Shown: positions 19,550 to 28,706, counted from the stretch's first letter. The stretch is 64,000 bases of DNA from an uncultured Acidobacteriota bacterium (GCA_963805925.1 CAWDWB010000005.1:18247-82246), one strand, 5' to 3'. Numbers and translations: made by a program. Notes: generated by a model not told the origin, from the letters alone.

Positions 19550-19879
19550 TTAGGCCTTCGGAGATGGTCCAGAAACCTGCGACAACAACGCCGTATCCGC
19601 GACCGCGCTTTGGATCAGCGAGTCGGCCACTTCGGCGGCCGGTACGTTGAAGCTGCCTGACTGATAGAGCTTTTGGGCCTCGGAGACGGCGGACACGCGT
19701 TCGGGAGACTCCGTCTGCAGCGCCTGGGAGATCTGTTGCGTCAGCGACGAGATGGAGGCGGAGTCTTGGGCGGAGGACGTCTTGCCGCTCCGTTGGGATC
19801 GCGTGTTCTCCGCCTGTTGAGCCTTGTCGATGTGGGTCGATTGCAGATCCGTCGAGGGAGTGAAATTGTCGATCTTCAA
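19550..19879 (-). CDS. flgM: Anti-sigma-28 factor FlgM
   Basis: 109 aa, Ser/Gln-rich. C-terminal ..RVSAVSEAQKLYQSGSFNVPAAEVADSLIQ fits the FlgM sigma-28-binding helices. TTG start with GGAGG 8 nt upstream. Confidence 0.8.
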   Translation of the reverse strand: MKIDNFTPSTDLQSTHIDKAQQAENTRSQRSGKTSSAQDSASISSLTQQISQALQTESPERVSAVSEAQKLYQSGSFNVPAAEVADSLIQSAVADTALLSQVSGPSPKA

Positions 19880-19900
19880 GTGAGTCGCCTCCAGTTCTTC

Positions 19901-19927
19901 CTATCGGCGGATGGCGGCAAAACTTGA
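19901..19927 (-). promoter_or_regulatory. Sigma-28 (FliA) class promoter for flgM operon
   Basis: The minus strand reads TCAAGTTT-N11-GCCGATAG against the consensus TAAAGTTT-N11-GCCGATAA. It lies about 22 nt upstream of the flgM TTG start. Confidence 0.7.
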
Positions 19928-20038
19928 GACCTATCTCCGTCCTACGACCCCAACCCACAGAACCCCAACGACCCGAGCCCAGCCGCGTAAGCGGCGGGCC
20001 TTAGACCCGGGAAGTGCCGCCAAGGGACCGATCCCCGA

Positions 20039-20284
20039 TCACTCTGTGAGCTTCCGTCTAGCTCGCTCAAGTACCGTCAATAGTTCCTGGACTGGTACAG
20101 ACCAGCGGCCATCATGGTCTCGGCCCAAAATGATGATTTCGAGGCCAGCAGCTGTCTCTCGTACGAACCCAAACTCCTCTCCATCCAGGCGGATCTCGAC
20201 TCTCAGTTCGTCGATATCAGGCGGCCCAGTGATGTCGATTACGCTGGCTACCTCAAGTTCCCAACGTGATGGGTCGGTTTTCAA
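20039..20284 (-). CDS. Hypothetical 81-aa protein (orphan, visibly lower GC than neighbours)
   Basis: TTG start at 20284 with GGAGG (complement of 20292-20296) 7 nt upstream. No family recognised. Confidence 0.5.
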   Translation of the reverse strand: MKTDPSRWELEVASVIDITGPPDIDELRVEIRLDGEEFGFVRETAAGLEIIILGRDHDGRWSVPVQELLTVLERARRKLTE

Positions 20285-20349
20285 GCTAGGGCCTCCAATA
20301 ATCCGATCAACTTACAGTGTGCGCAAGAACCAGACATGCCCGGACAGCC

Positions 20350-20833
20350 TTACTCCCCACGCCGTGCCGCAAAGAACCGCTGCAAAGGCGCCACGCACTC
20401 TGCGGCCAGCACGCCTTCCACAACCTCAACGCGGTGATTCAATAAATCCGAATCCGCAATGCGGAACTTACTGCGCACAGCCCCAAAGCGAATATCGCGT
20501 GTCCCGAAATATCAGCCGCCGGATGCGCGCCGTCACGATTGCCCCGGCGCACATTGCGCAGGGCTCCATGGTGACGTAGAGATCGCAGCCGTCGAGGCGG
20601 TGCGAACCAACTGCAGCCGCGGCGGCGCGCAAAGCAACAACCTCGGCGTGCGCGGTGGGGTCGTTGGCGGCAATGGGACGGTTGTGGCCGCAGCCGATCA
20701 CTTCGCCTTCGCGAACGATCACCGCGCCCACAGGCACTTCGCCCTCCTGCTCGCCCTCGGCGGCGAGTTCAAGAGCGCGACGCATGAAATCCTCGTCGGC
20801 TAGCGGCACGCCCCTATTATCGTGCGGGCTCAT
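20350..20833 (-). pseudogene. tadA: tRNA-specific adenosine deaminase TadA, interrupted by a 1-nt frameshift
   Basis: ORF 20468-20833 carries ..HAEVVAL.. and ..PCAMCAGAI.. and then ends abnormally. The adjacent frame continues GTRDIRFGAVRSKF..LLNHRVEVVEGVLAAECVAPLQRFFAARRGE* to the TAA at 20350-20352. The total span is 484 nt (3n+1). Confidence 0.8.
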
Positions 20834-22124
20834 CCGTCGGCGGGCGATCGCGCCACCACGAAGCCAGCAGCGAACCGTTGACGTTCATGACGGTGGAAAA
20901 GACGATCGGCGCCAGCACTGCGCCGCTGCTCTTGAGGACGCTCAAGGCCAAGCCGCCGGCCATGCCGCTGTTCTGTAAGCCGACTTCAAAGGCGACGGTG
21001 CGGCGATTGTGTCCGCGGATGCCGGCGAGGAACGCTAGCCAATAGCCCAGGATCATTCCAATGACGTTGTGTAGGGTCGCGGCCACAACTAGCAGAAGGC
21101 CTGCAGAGATGAGGTCGTCACGCGAACTGGCGGTGACGATAACCAGGAAGAGACACAGCGCCAGGATTGAGACCACCGGCGGCAGCTTCTGAAAGGTCTC
21201 TTGTCGTCCGGCCAACGTGGCGTTGATCACCAGGCTCAGCAAGAGCACCAGGCCGAACAGCACGGTCCCTTGCCTCAACAGGGCATGCAGGAACGCGTCG
21301 TCCAGAGTCGCGCCGCCCAGAAGCTGGATGATCCCGAACAGCATGGCAACGCCGGCCCCGAACGCCAAGCAGAGCGGCCCGGTCGTGCGAAGCAACTCCC
21401 CGACCGAGCGGCGTTGCTGGCTCACCTTGTTGACGATCAATCCGCCGCCGATTGGGATGATGACGAGGTTGACGATCGACAGCATCATGGCCCAGAAGTC
21501 GACCTCGACCAGGTGCCCGGCCAAGTACTGCATCAGCAACGGCGTCATCACGGGCGCCAGCAGCGTCGAACAGGCCGTCATGGTGACAGACAACGCGACA
21601 TTGCCCCGCGCCAGAAAGACCATCAGATTGGAGGAGACGCCGCCCGAACAAGAGCCCACCAGGATGATGCCCGCGGCGACGGCCGGCTCAAAGCCGAACG
21701 ATTCAGCGATGAGCCAACCGACGCCGGGCATCACCGTGAACTGCAAAATCATCCCGACCAGCACGGCCTTGGGCATGCGCAACGCGCTGGTGAAGTCCGC
21801 AATGCTCAACGTGGCGCCCATGCAGAACATGATGGTTTGCACCAGGTAGAGGTTGATGCTGTTCAGCTCAAAGCCATTCCAGGTGAGGAAGTACTGCGGC
21901 CAAAACAATCCCGCGCCGGTACTGATGCTCAACCACAGCGTGAGCGTGATGACGCGCAGCGTGGGGTGCTTACGCCAACACAGCGCCAGCAGCGCCATAC
22001 CGCCGATCAACCCCGGTCCGATGCCCGGCGTATAACCGACCGCCCAACTGACGGCGAACAGAACGCCGGCGGCAAGGGTCAATGCCAACAGAAGCTTGCT
22101 GGGTCGTGGTGCAGGGTCAGTCAT
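20817..22124 (-). CDS. Bile acid:sodium symporter (BASS/SBF-like) family transporter
   Basis: Polytopic. ..GMILQFTVMPGVGW..GIILVGSCSGGVSSNLMVFLARGNVALSVTMTACSTLLAPVMTP.. is the SBF core pattern. Confidence 0.8.
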   Translation of the reverse strand: MTDPAPRPSKLLLALTLAAGVLFAVSWAVGYTPGIGPGLIGGMALLALCWRKHPTLRVITLTLWLSISTGAGLFWPQYFLTWNGFELNSINLYLVQTIMFCMGATLSIADFTSALRMPKAVLVGMILQFTVMPGVGWLIAESFGFEPAVAAGIILVGSCSGGVSSNLMVFLARGNVALSVTMTACSTLLAPVMTPLLMQYLAGHLVEVDFWAMMLSIVNLVIIPIGGGLIVNKVSQQRRSVGELLRTTGPLCLAFGAGVAMLFGIIQLLGGATLDDAFLHALLRQGTVLFGLVLLLSLVINATLAGRQETFQKLPPVVSILALCLFLVIVTASSRDDLISAGLLLVVAATLHNVIGMILGYWLAFLAGIRGHNRRTVAFEVGLQNSGMAGGLALSVLKSSGAVLAPIVFSTVMNVNGSLLASWWRDRPPTDEPAR

Positions 22125-22125
22125 G

Positions 22126-23430
22126 TTAGGCCGCGGATTGCTTCGGCGGACGGTCGCGCCAGTACGATGCGAGTACCGACCCGGTGACGTTCATCCAGGT
22201 ACCGAAGATCGCCGGGCCCAACGCCGCCGCCGTGCTCTTGAGCACGTCCAGTGCTAGGCCGACGCCCATCGCGCCGTTCTGCATGCCGACTTCGAAGGCC
22301 ACTGTGCGCCGGTCCGATTCCGACAATCCGGCCAACTTGGCGAAGCCGTAGCCCAGGCCGTAGCCCGCCACATTGTGGATGAAGGCGGCCAGCAACAGCA
22401 GCAGGCCGATCGCCAGCAGGTCATCGCGAGACGCGGCGGCGATAATCGTCAAGATGATGCAGATCGCCGTCATCGAAACGATCGGCAAGATACGGTCGAA
22501 CGACTCACGGTTGCCGGCTAGGGCGACGTTGAGGATCCAGCCGACTAACAAGGTCAGCGCCAACAAGAAGAGGCCTTGGTGCAAGAGCCCAAACCAGAAA
22601 GGGTTGTCGGCATTGGCGCCGCCCATCATTTGAACTGCACCCGTCGCCGCGGCCACGCCCGTCGCGAGCAGTAAAGCCAAGGGCGCCAGCGTCTTGAAGA
22701 AGGCGCCGAAATCACGGCGCTTGTTGAGGACTTGATTGGCGATCAGGCCGCCTCCGATGGGGATGATCACCAGATTGATGATCGACAGCACCATCGCCCA
22801 GAAGTCGACCACAATGAGCCGGCCGGCAAGGTTCTCCATCAGCAGCGGCGTCATCAGCGGAGCCAGCAGCGTCGAGCAGGCGGTCATGGTGACCGAGAGC
22901 GCCACGTTGCCGCGCGCCAAGTAAACCATCACGTTCGAAGCCACACCGCCCGAGCAGGAGCCGATCAAAATGATCCCTGCGGCGACCTCCGGGTCAAAGC
23001 CAAATGCGCGCCCGACGAACCAGCCCAGCGTGGGCATGACCGAAAACTGCAAGACGATGCCGATCAACACGGCTTTGGGCATCTTCAACGCGTCGGTGAA
23101 GTCGCGAATGCTCAAACTCGCTCCCATGCCGAACATGATGATCTGCGTCAGCGGCAGGTTCAGCCGGTTCAAGCGGAAGCCGTTCCACTCCGTGAATAAA
23201 TTGGGCCAAAACATGGCCGCCGCCGTTCCCGTGAGGATGAAGAAGGTAAAGGTAAAGACGTGCAGCGTTGCGTGTTTGCGGAAGTACAGCGCCGTCAGCG
23301 CCATCGCGCCGACCAGGCCCGGCCCAATTCCCGCCTGCACTCCCCCAGCCCAGGAGCCGACGAAAACCACGGCGGCGACGGCTGCGGCGACGAGCAAGAG
23401 CTTGTTGGGTTGGGCAGGGTGGTCTGGCAT
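22126..23430 (-). CDS. BASS/SBF-like transporter (tandem paralogue)
   Basis: Collinear with 20817-22124 (..GIVLQFSVMPTLGW..GIILIGSCSGGVASNVMVYLARGNVALSVTMTACSTLLAPLMTP..). Start chosen at ATG 23430 (MPDHPAQPNK..). Confidence 0.8.
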   Translation of the reverse strand: MPDHPAQPNKLLLVAAAVAAVVFVGSWAGGVQAGIGPGLVGAMALTALYFRKHATLHVFTFTFFILTGTAAAMFWPNLFTEWNGFRLNRLNLPLTQIIMFGMGASLSIRDFTDALKMPKAVLIGIVLQFSVMPTLGWFVGRAFGFDPEVAAGIILIGSCSGGVASNVMVYLARGNVALSVTMTACSTLLAPLMTPLLMENLAGRLIVVDFWAMVLSIINLVIIPIGGGLIANQVLNKRRDFGAFFKTLAPLALLLATGVAAATGAVQMMGGANADNPFWFGLLHQGLFLLALTLLVGWILNVALAGNRESFDRILPIVSMTAICIILTIIAAASRDDLLAIGLLLLLAAFIHNVAGYGLGYGFAKLAGLSESDRRTVAFEVGMQNGAMGVGLALDVLKSTAAALGPAIFGTWMNVTGSVLASYWRDRPPKQSAA

Positions 23431-23497
23431 GAGGTCGTCGTGGACACACGAATAGCAAAGGCGGAATCGTACCACAGCGCGAGGTTCCGGGTTAAGA

Positions 23498-24238
23498 TTG
23501 CCTCTTCGGATGTCTTTGGCCCGCCTCATCCTCACCTCCGCGGTGTTGGTTCTAGCGTCGAATTGCGGAGGAAATCCGCGGATCTCGCTGCCTCCGCCGC
23601 TTGCGGCCCGCGTCGGGTACGTGGAGACGGGAGTGGCCAGCTGGTACGGCCATCCCTACGACGGCCGCAAAACCAGCAACGGCGAAATCTATCATATGGA
23701 GCAGCTTACGGCTGCACACCTCCAGCTTCCGTTTAATACGGTGGTGCGTGTCACCAACCTGGCCACCGACCTGTCCGTGGATGTCCGCATCAACGACCGG
23801 GGTCCGTTCATCAAAGACCGCATTGTGGATCTTTCCCACGCGGCGGCGCGCCAGATCGGCATGATCGGCGACGGTACCGCGATGGTCCGGCTCGAAGTCG
23901 TGAAGGCTCCTGGCGGGGTCGACGAGCCGCTGGTGCTGGATGACACCGTCATTTCGGGCGCCGTGGGCTGCGGCTCAGAATCCTTTTATGGCGCCCAGGT
24001 CGGCTCTTTCGCCGACATCGAAAACGCCGAGCGCATGGAGGGCAAGATGCGCCTTGCCTACGGTGCAGCGGCGATTCTGACCGCGCAGTCGGCCGAGGGC
24101 CAACAGCTCTACCGTGTGGTGGTCGGTTCGGCGGACGCTGGAGGCGATCTGGATGGCTTGCGCCGCCGCCTTGCCGACGACGGAATCGATTCATTTGTGC
24201 AGCGCGTGTCCGCCGAAGACGCGCAGAACTGCACATAA
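23498..24238 (+). CDS. rlpA: Septal ring lytic transglycosylase RlpA-like protein (DPBB + SPOR domains)
   Basis: GVASWYGHPYDGRKTSNGEIY..AAH..LPFNTVVRVTNL..VDVRINDRGPF (DPBB), and a C-terminal SPOR-like FYGAQVGSFADIENAERM..LYRVVVGS. Confidence 0.85.
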   Translation: MPLRMSLARLILTSAVLVLASNCGGNPRISLPPPLAARVGYVETGVASWYGHPYDGRKTSNGEIYHMEQLTAAHLQLPFNTVVRVTNLATDLSVDVRINDRGPFIKDRIVDLSHAAARQIGMIGDGTAMVRLEVVKAPGGVDEPLVLDDTVISGAVGCGSESFYGAQVGSFADIENAERMEGKMRLAYGAAAILTAQSAEGQQLYRVVVGSADAGGDLDGLRRRLADDGIDSFVQRVSAEDAQNCT

Positions 24239-24313
24239 ATATTCTGTATATCTCGCAAATCCGTCTCTTTTTTGCGAATTGCTTGCTAGCATCGGTGCGG
24301 AGCCGATCGCCCG

Positions 24314-25342
24314 ATGCCGTTTGACAAGACCGCCGTCCAACGCCGGGTCAATTTTGGCCTCGTCGGCGATTCCGCCCCGATTCGCAAGCTTCGTGAGACC
24401 ATTCGCAAGCTCAGCAACGACGACTCGACGGTGCTGATCAGCGGCGAGAGCGGCTGCGGCAAGGAACTGATTGCCCGGGCGGTGCACGACGTCTCCGTGC
24501 TGTCGGACAAGATCTTCCTGCCTGTTGACGCCGCCTCCGTCGTGGGTTCGCTAATGGAAAGCGAACTGTTCGGCCACAAGAAGGGCGCCTTTACCGGAGC
24601 GACGGAAGACAAACTGGGTCTGGTCCGCGCAGCTTCCGGCGGCACGCTCTTCCTGGATGAGATTGGCGAGTTGACGCTCGACGTGCAGGCCAAACTGTTG
24701 CGGCTTTTGCAAGAGGGCGAGGTTCGTCCCGTGGGCGCCACGACCGCCGCCAAGGTGAACGTGCGCATCATCGCTGCGACCAACCGCGATCTGGGCGAGG
24801 AGGTGGAGAACGGCCGCTTTCGGCGCGATCTCTACTACCGCTTGAACGTGATCTCGCTCAGAGCGCCGACGTTGCGGGATCGGCCCACGGACATTCCGTT
24901 GCTGGCGGCGCATTTCCTCAAGAAATACGCGGGCCGTAAGGCCGCGTTGTCGTCCGAAGCGCTGGAGCTCTTCTGCCGCTACGATTGGCCGGGCAACGTC
25001 CGCGAGTTGGAGAACGCCGTGCGGCGTTCCGTGGCCCTGCGAGCGGCCGACCTGATTTGCGTCTCCGATCTCCCGAGCGCGCTGCGCAATTTTGCGTTGT
25101 TCGACGGCGATACGGCTAACTTTAGCGAGCAGATCGCGCCGCTCGCCGAGGTCGAGCGCCGCCACATTCTACGGGCCGTCGACCACACCAAGGGCGATGT
25201 GAGCGCGGCGGCGATGATGCTCGGCATTGGCCGCACCACGCTCTACCGCAAGCTCAAGAGCTACGGATCGGACCGCGTGGATTCGGGCCAAAAGCAATCG
25301 CGCTCGGACTGGGGCCAAACCTCCCGTCGAGCCGTCCGTTGA
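24314..25342 (+). CDS. Sigma-54-dependent transcriptional activator (AAA+ plus Fis-type HTH, no N-terminal sensor domain)
   Basis: GESGCGKE (Walker A), ESELFGHKKGAFTGA (GAFTGA loop), GGTLFLDEIGEL, RFRRDLYYRL, and a C-terminal HTH AAAMMLGIGRTTLYRKLK. Only about 25 aa precede the AAA+ core. Confidence 0.9.
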   Translation: MPFDKTAVQRRVNFGLVGDSAPIRKLRETIRKLSNDDSTVLISGESGCGKELIARAVHDVSVLSDKIFLPVDAASVVGSLMESELFGHKKGAFTGATEDKLGLVRAASGGTLFLDEIGELTLDVQAKLLRLLQEGEVRPVGATTAAKVNVRIIAATNRDLGEEVENGRFRRDLYYRLNVISLRAPTLRDRPTDIPLLAAHFLKKYAGRKAALSSEALELFCRYDWPGNVRELENAVRRSVALRAADLICVSDLPSALRNFALFDGDTANFSEQIAPLAEVERRHILRAVDHTKGDVSAAAMMLGIGRTTLYRKLKSYGSDRVDSGQKQSRSDWGQTSRRAVR

Positions 25343-25355
25343 TGCCGAGGCCTGG

Positions 25356-26657
25356 ATGGGCCATGCTGTGGAGGTGGCCGAAGATTCGTTTTCGCGTGTC
25401 GCCAGTACCCTACTTGCCGGCGGCGTCGCACCCAGCTCCGACTTGGATTGGATCGTCGACCAGGCGACCGCGTCTGACCCCGCCGTTGCCGTCCCCGCTT
25501 CCAAGCGTCTATTCCGGGACATCGTCGAGCCGTTAGCCGACCGCTTTGAACCCCAACTGAGCGAGCAATACTCGCGGTTCTTCACCGCCGTGTTGGACCG
25601 CCTACAGGGCCGCCCCGGATTCGAGCGATTCAACGAGCGGCGTGTGCGCCTCACCCAGCGCGAGGCCGCCAACGATGAGGCCTTGCCTGAAGCGCGCCGT
25701 TGCCTAGTGTTGTCGCGCGTGACGCTCGGCGCCGACGTCGCCGTAACCAGCGTGGTCCTCGACGGGCTCAAGGCGGCATTCCCCAGCGCGACGGTGACCC
25801 TGGCCTGCGGGACCAAGGCGGCGGCTCTGTTCGGCGGCGATCCGCGCATCTCTTTCTTGCCGATCGAATACCAACGGGGGGGCTCCTTGCACTCACGCCT
25901 CAACGCCTGGGTCGAGCTGTCCGAACAGGTCGAGCAGTGGGTCGGCGGCGATCCGGCAGGTTGCCTCATCGTCGATCCGGACTCCCGTCTCAGTCAACTT
26001 GGTTTGCTGCCCGTCGGTCCGGCGGCAGTTCGGGAGATCTCCTTCGATAGCCGGGCATTCGGCGAAGACGGCGACGAATCGATATCTGAATTGACTTCGC
26101 GCTGGGTAGCCGAAACGTTCGGCGTCGGCGGAGCGCTGCCTTACGTCGCGCCGTCGCCTGCGGAACTCCAGGCAGGCCGCAAAATGCGGGGCGGCTCCGG
26201 GATTCGCGTCGCCGCCATCAACTGGGGCTTCGGCGGAAACGAGACCAAGCGCGTATCACCCGAGTTTGAGACCGCCGTCGTCTTGGAGTTGCTGCGCGGC
26301 GGCTGGCGCGTCGTTCTCGACAAAGGCGCCGGCGACGCGGAAGGCTCTGCGGCCGAAGCGACAGCGGCTGCCGCCCGCAACGAGGGTTTGCCGGAAATCG
26401 AGGTCTTTGCCGGTCCGCTCAGCGGCTTTGCCGCAGTGATCGACGCCAGCGACCTGTTCGTCGGCTACGACTCTGCAGCGGGACACATCGCCGCCGCCCT
26501 CGCTGTGCCCGGCATCGACGTCTTTCGCGGCGCTGTCTGCGAGCGCATGATGCAGCGCTGGTCCCCATGGGGCAAGCATCCGGCCCAAGTCTTGGCGGTC
26601 GCTGAAGGAGAAACCCCTGCGGTGACGCTGGCCCGCGTCGTGGAGCTGCTTCCGTGA
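25356..26657 (+). CDS. Glycosyltransferase family 9 (heptosyltransferase-like) protein
   Basis: ..CLVLSRVTLGADVAVTS.. and ..LSGFAAVIDASDLFVGYDSAAGHIAAAL.. resemble GT9 enzymes. ATG 25356 is preferred over 25227, which overlaps the upstream gene. Confidence 0.7.
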   Translation: MGHAVEVAEDSFSRVASTLLAGGVAPSSDLDWIVDQATASDPAVAVPASKRLFRDIVEPLADRFEPQLSEQYSRFFTAVLDRLQGRPGFERFNERRVRLTQREAANDEALPEARRCLVLSRVTLGADVAVTSVVLDGLKAAFPSATVTLACGTKAAALFGGDPRISFLPIEYQRGGSLHSRLNAWVELSEQVEQWVGGDPAGCLIVDPDSRLSQLGLLPVGPAAVREISFDSRAFGEDGDESISELTSRWVAETFGVGGALPYVAPSPAELQAGRKMRGGSGIRVAAINWGFGGNETKRVSPEFETAVVLELLRGGWRVVLDKGAGDAEGSAAEATAAAARNEGLPEIEVFAGPLSGFAAVIDASDLFVGYDSAAGHIAAALAVPGIDVFRGAVCERMMQRWSPWGKHPAQVLAVAEGETPAVTLARVVELLP

Positions 26658-27721
26658 AGATCGGCCTCGATGCTAGCTACAGCATCGACCGTCAGCCTAC
26701 CGGCGTCGGCATCTACTCCAGGCGCCTAATCGAAGCCCTCGCCGCGCAAGGCCCGGCAGATGCGTTCACGCTTTGCTATCGGGCGAATCGCTACTTGCGT
26801 TCGTGGCGAGAGCCAATTGCCAAAAATTGCCGGCGCGCTCTGCTCGAGAATTTCACCTTGCCGGGGTTAACCCGACGGCTCGAACTTTTTCACGGCTTGA
26901 ACCAGCGTCTGCCGGAGCGCCGTTTCCAACGCGCTGTCAGTACATTCCACGACTTGTTCGTGATGACCTCCGAGTACTCAACGTCCGACTACCGTGCACG
27001 GTTCACCCAGCTGGCCAAGCACGCCGCCGAACGTTCCGACAGCATTGCGGCGGTCTCGGCGTTCACGGCTGATCAGGCCGCCGAACTGCTCGGTTTCCCC
27101 CGTGAGCGGATTGTCGTCGTACCCCACGGAGTCGATCCCTTACCGCAGTTTTCGGCAGACCAACTGAGCGAGTTCCGCCAAGAGCATGGACTGCAACGGC
27201 CGTTTCTGCTGAACGTCGGCGCCTTGCAAGAACGCAAAAACATCAATCGCCTGGTGGAAGCTTTCGAGCGGCTTCCCAACGAACTCTTGCTCGTGCTGGC
27301 CGGCTCGACCGGTTATGGCGGCGAGCAGATCTCCGCGCGCATCGCAGCGAGTCCCGCGCGCGAGCGCATCGTCCAACTCGGCTACGTGGACGACGCCGCC
27401 AAGGCCAAGCTCTACCGCACAGCCCACGCCCTCGCTTTCCCGTCGCTCGACGAAGGTTTCGGCATTCCGATCTTGGAAGCGATGTCCGCTGGCCTCCCTG
27501 TGTTGACTTCGAACTGTTCCGCCATGCCCGAAGTCGCCGGCGACGCGGCCGTGCTGGTCGACCCGCAAGATTCCGAAGCCGTCGCCCAGGGCTTACAACG
27601 CATCATAGAAGACGAAGCGCTGCGCCAAGACCTGCGCGACAAGGGCTTCCTGCGGGCGGCCAACTTTACTTGGAGTCAAGCCGCCGACAAGATGCTCGCG
27701 CTCTACAGGGAGTTGGTCTAA
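26654..27721 (+). CDS. Glycosyltransferase family 4 (GT-B, group 1)
   Basis: ..LLNVGALQERKNI..LVLAGSTGYG..AHALAFPSLDEGFGIPILEAMSAGLPVLTSN.. . The start overlaps the upstream stop by 4 nt. Confidence 0.85.
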   Translation: MKIGLDASYSIDRQPTGVGIYSRRLIEALAAQGPADAFTLCYRANRYLRSWREPIAKNCRRALLENFTLPGLTRRLELFHGLNQRLPERRFQRAVSTFHDLFVMTSEYSTSDYRARFTQLAKHAAERSDSIAAVSAFTADQAAELLGFPRERIVVVPHGVDPLPQFSADQLSEFRQEHGLQRPFLLNVGALQERKNINRLVEAFERLPNELLLVLAGSTGYGGEQISARIAASPARERIVQLGYVDDAAKAKLYRTAHALAFPSLDEGFGIPILEAMSAGLPVLTSNCSAMPEVAGDAAVLVDPQDSEAVAQGLQRIIEDEALRQDLRDKGFLRAANFTWSQAADKMLALYRELV

Positions 27722-27722
27722 A

Positions 27723-28706
27723 GTGTCCGCCGAGCGAGACACCATCTTCCTGACCGCAACCGACGAAGCCGTCGGCGAGCGCCTGGACGTCTATCTCTCC
27801 AAGGCGCTCGAAGACATTTCCCGTTCGCGCATCCAGCAGTGGATTCGAGAAGGGCGAGTCAGCGTGGACGAACTCGCGTGTCGCTCTTCGCTGAAATTGC
27901 GTGGCGGTGAGTCGATTGAAGTTGAGCCCGCGCCGCTGAAGCCGTTGCACGCCTTCGCCGAAGACATTCCCCTCCAAATTCTCTACGAAGACGACGACAT
28001 GGCGGCCATCAACAAGCCAGCAGGCATGACCGTCCACGCCGGGGCGGGGGAGGCTGCCCAATCCGGAACGTTGGTCAACGCTCTGCTGCACCATTTCGGT
28101 GCGTCGTTGTCCGGCGAGGGCGGTGAATTGCGTCCAGGCATCGTGCACAGGCTCGACCGCTGGACCAGCGGCCTCATACTCGTGGCCAAGACCGACAAGG
28201 GACACCAAGGACTAGCGAAGGCCTTTGAAGCGCGCCAAGTAAAGAAGGTCTACACCGCACTCACCCAAGGGGAAGTCCAAGATCCCGAAGAGAGCCGGCG
28301 CACGGTCAAAGAGCGTCCCGTCCAAGAAGACGGCAAGTGGTGGATGCGCATCGAAGCCCCGATCGGCAGGGATCCACGCCGTCGCAGCCGGATGGCGGTC
28401 ATCGACACGGGACGCTCGGCGGTGACGGATTACCGGCCCCTGCGAGTGCGCTCCAAGCCCGCTTTTAGCCTGCTCGAAGTGCGAATCCACACCGGACGCA
28501 CGCACCAGATTCGCGTCCACCTGTCGTGGGTCGGGCGGCCCATCGTCGGCGACGCCACCTATGGAGCAGCGGCCGGAGGCGCCGAGCGCTTCTTTCTCCA
28601 TGCAACCCGCATCGAGATCGCCCACCCCGTGAGCGGCGCGCCGTTGCGGATCGAGGCTCCGCTGGCTGAGGACTTCAGAGACCGGCTGGCCGCTCTGTCG
28701 CTATAA
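27723..28706 (+). CDS. RluA/RluD-family pseudouridine synthase (S4 domain + catalytic domain)
   Basis: S4-like ERLDVYLSKAL..SRSRIQQWIREGRVSV, catalytic HRLDRWTSGLILVAKT, and ..GRTHQIRVHL.. . Confidence 0.85.
   Translation: MSAERDTIFLTATDEAVGERLDVYLSKALEDISRSRIQQWIREGRVSVDELACRSSLKLRGGESIEVEPAPLKPLHAFAEDIPLQILYEDDDMAAINKPAGMTVHAGAGEAAQSGTLVNALLHHFGASLSGEGGELRPGIVHRLDRWTSGLILVAKTDKGHQGLAKAFEARQVKKVYTALTQGEVQDPEESRRTVKERPVQEDGKWWMRIEAPIGRDPRRRSRMAVIDTGRSAVTDYRPLRVRSKPAFSLLEVRIHTGRTHQIRVHLSWVGRPIVGDATYGAAAGGAERFFLHATRIEIAHPVSGAPLRIEAPLAEDFRDRLAALSL

Noticed and set aside
21201-22187. 328-aa plus-strand ORF antisense to the BASS transporter
   Set aside because: Highly charged low-complexity translation inside a clear membrane-protein gene.
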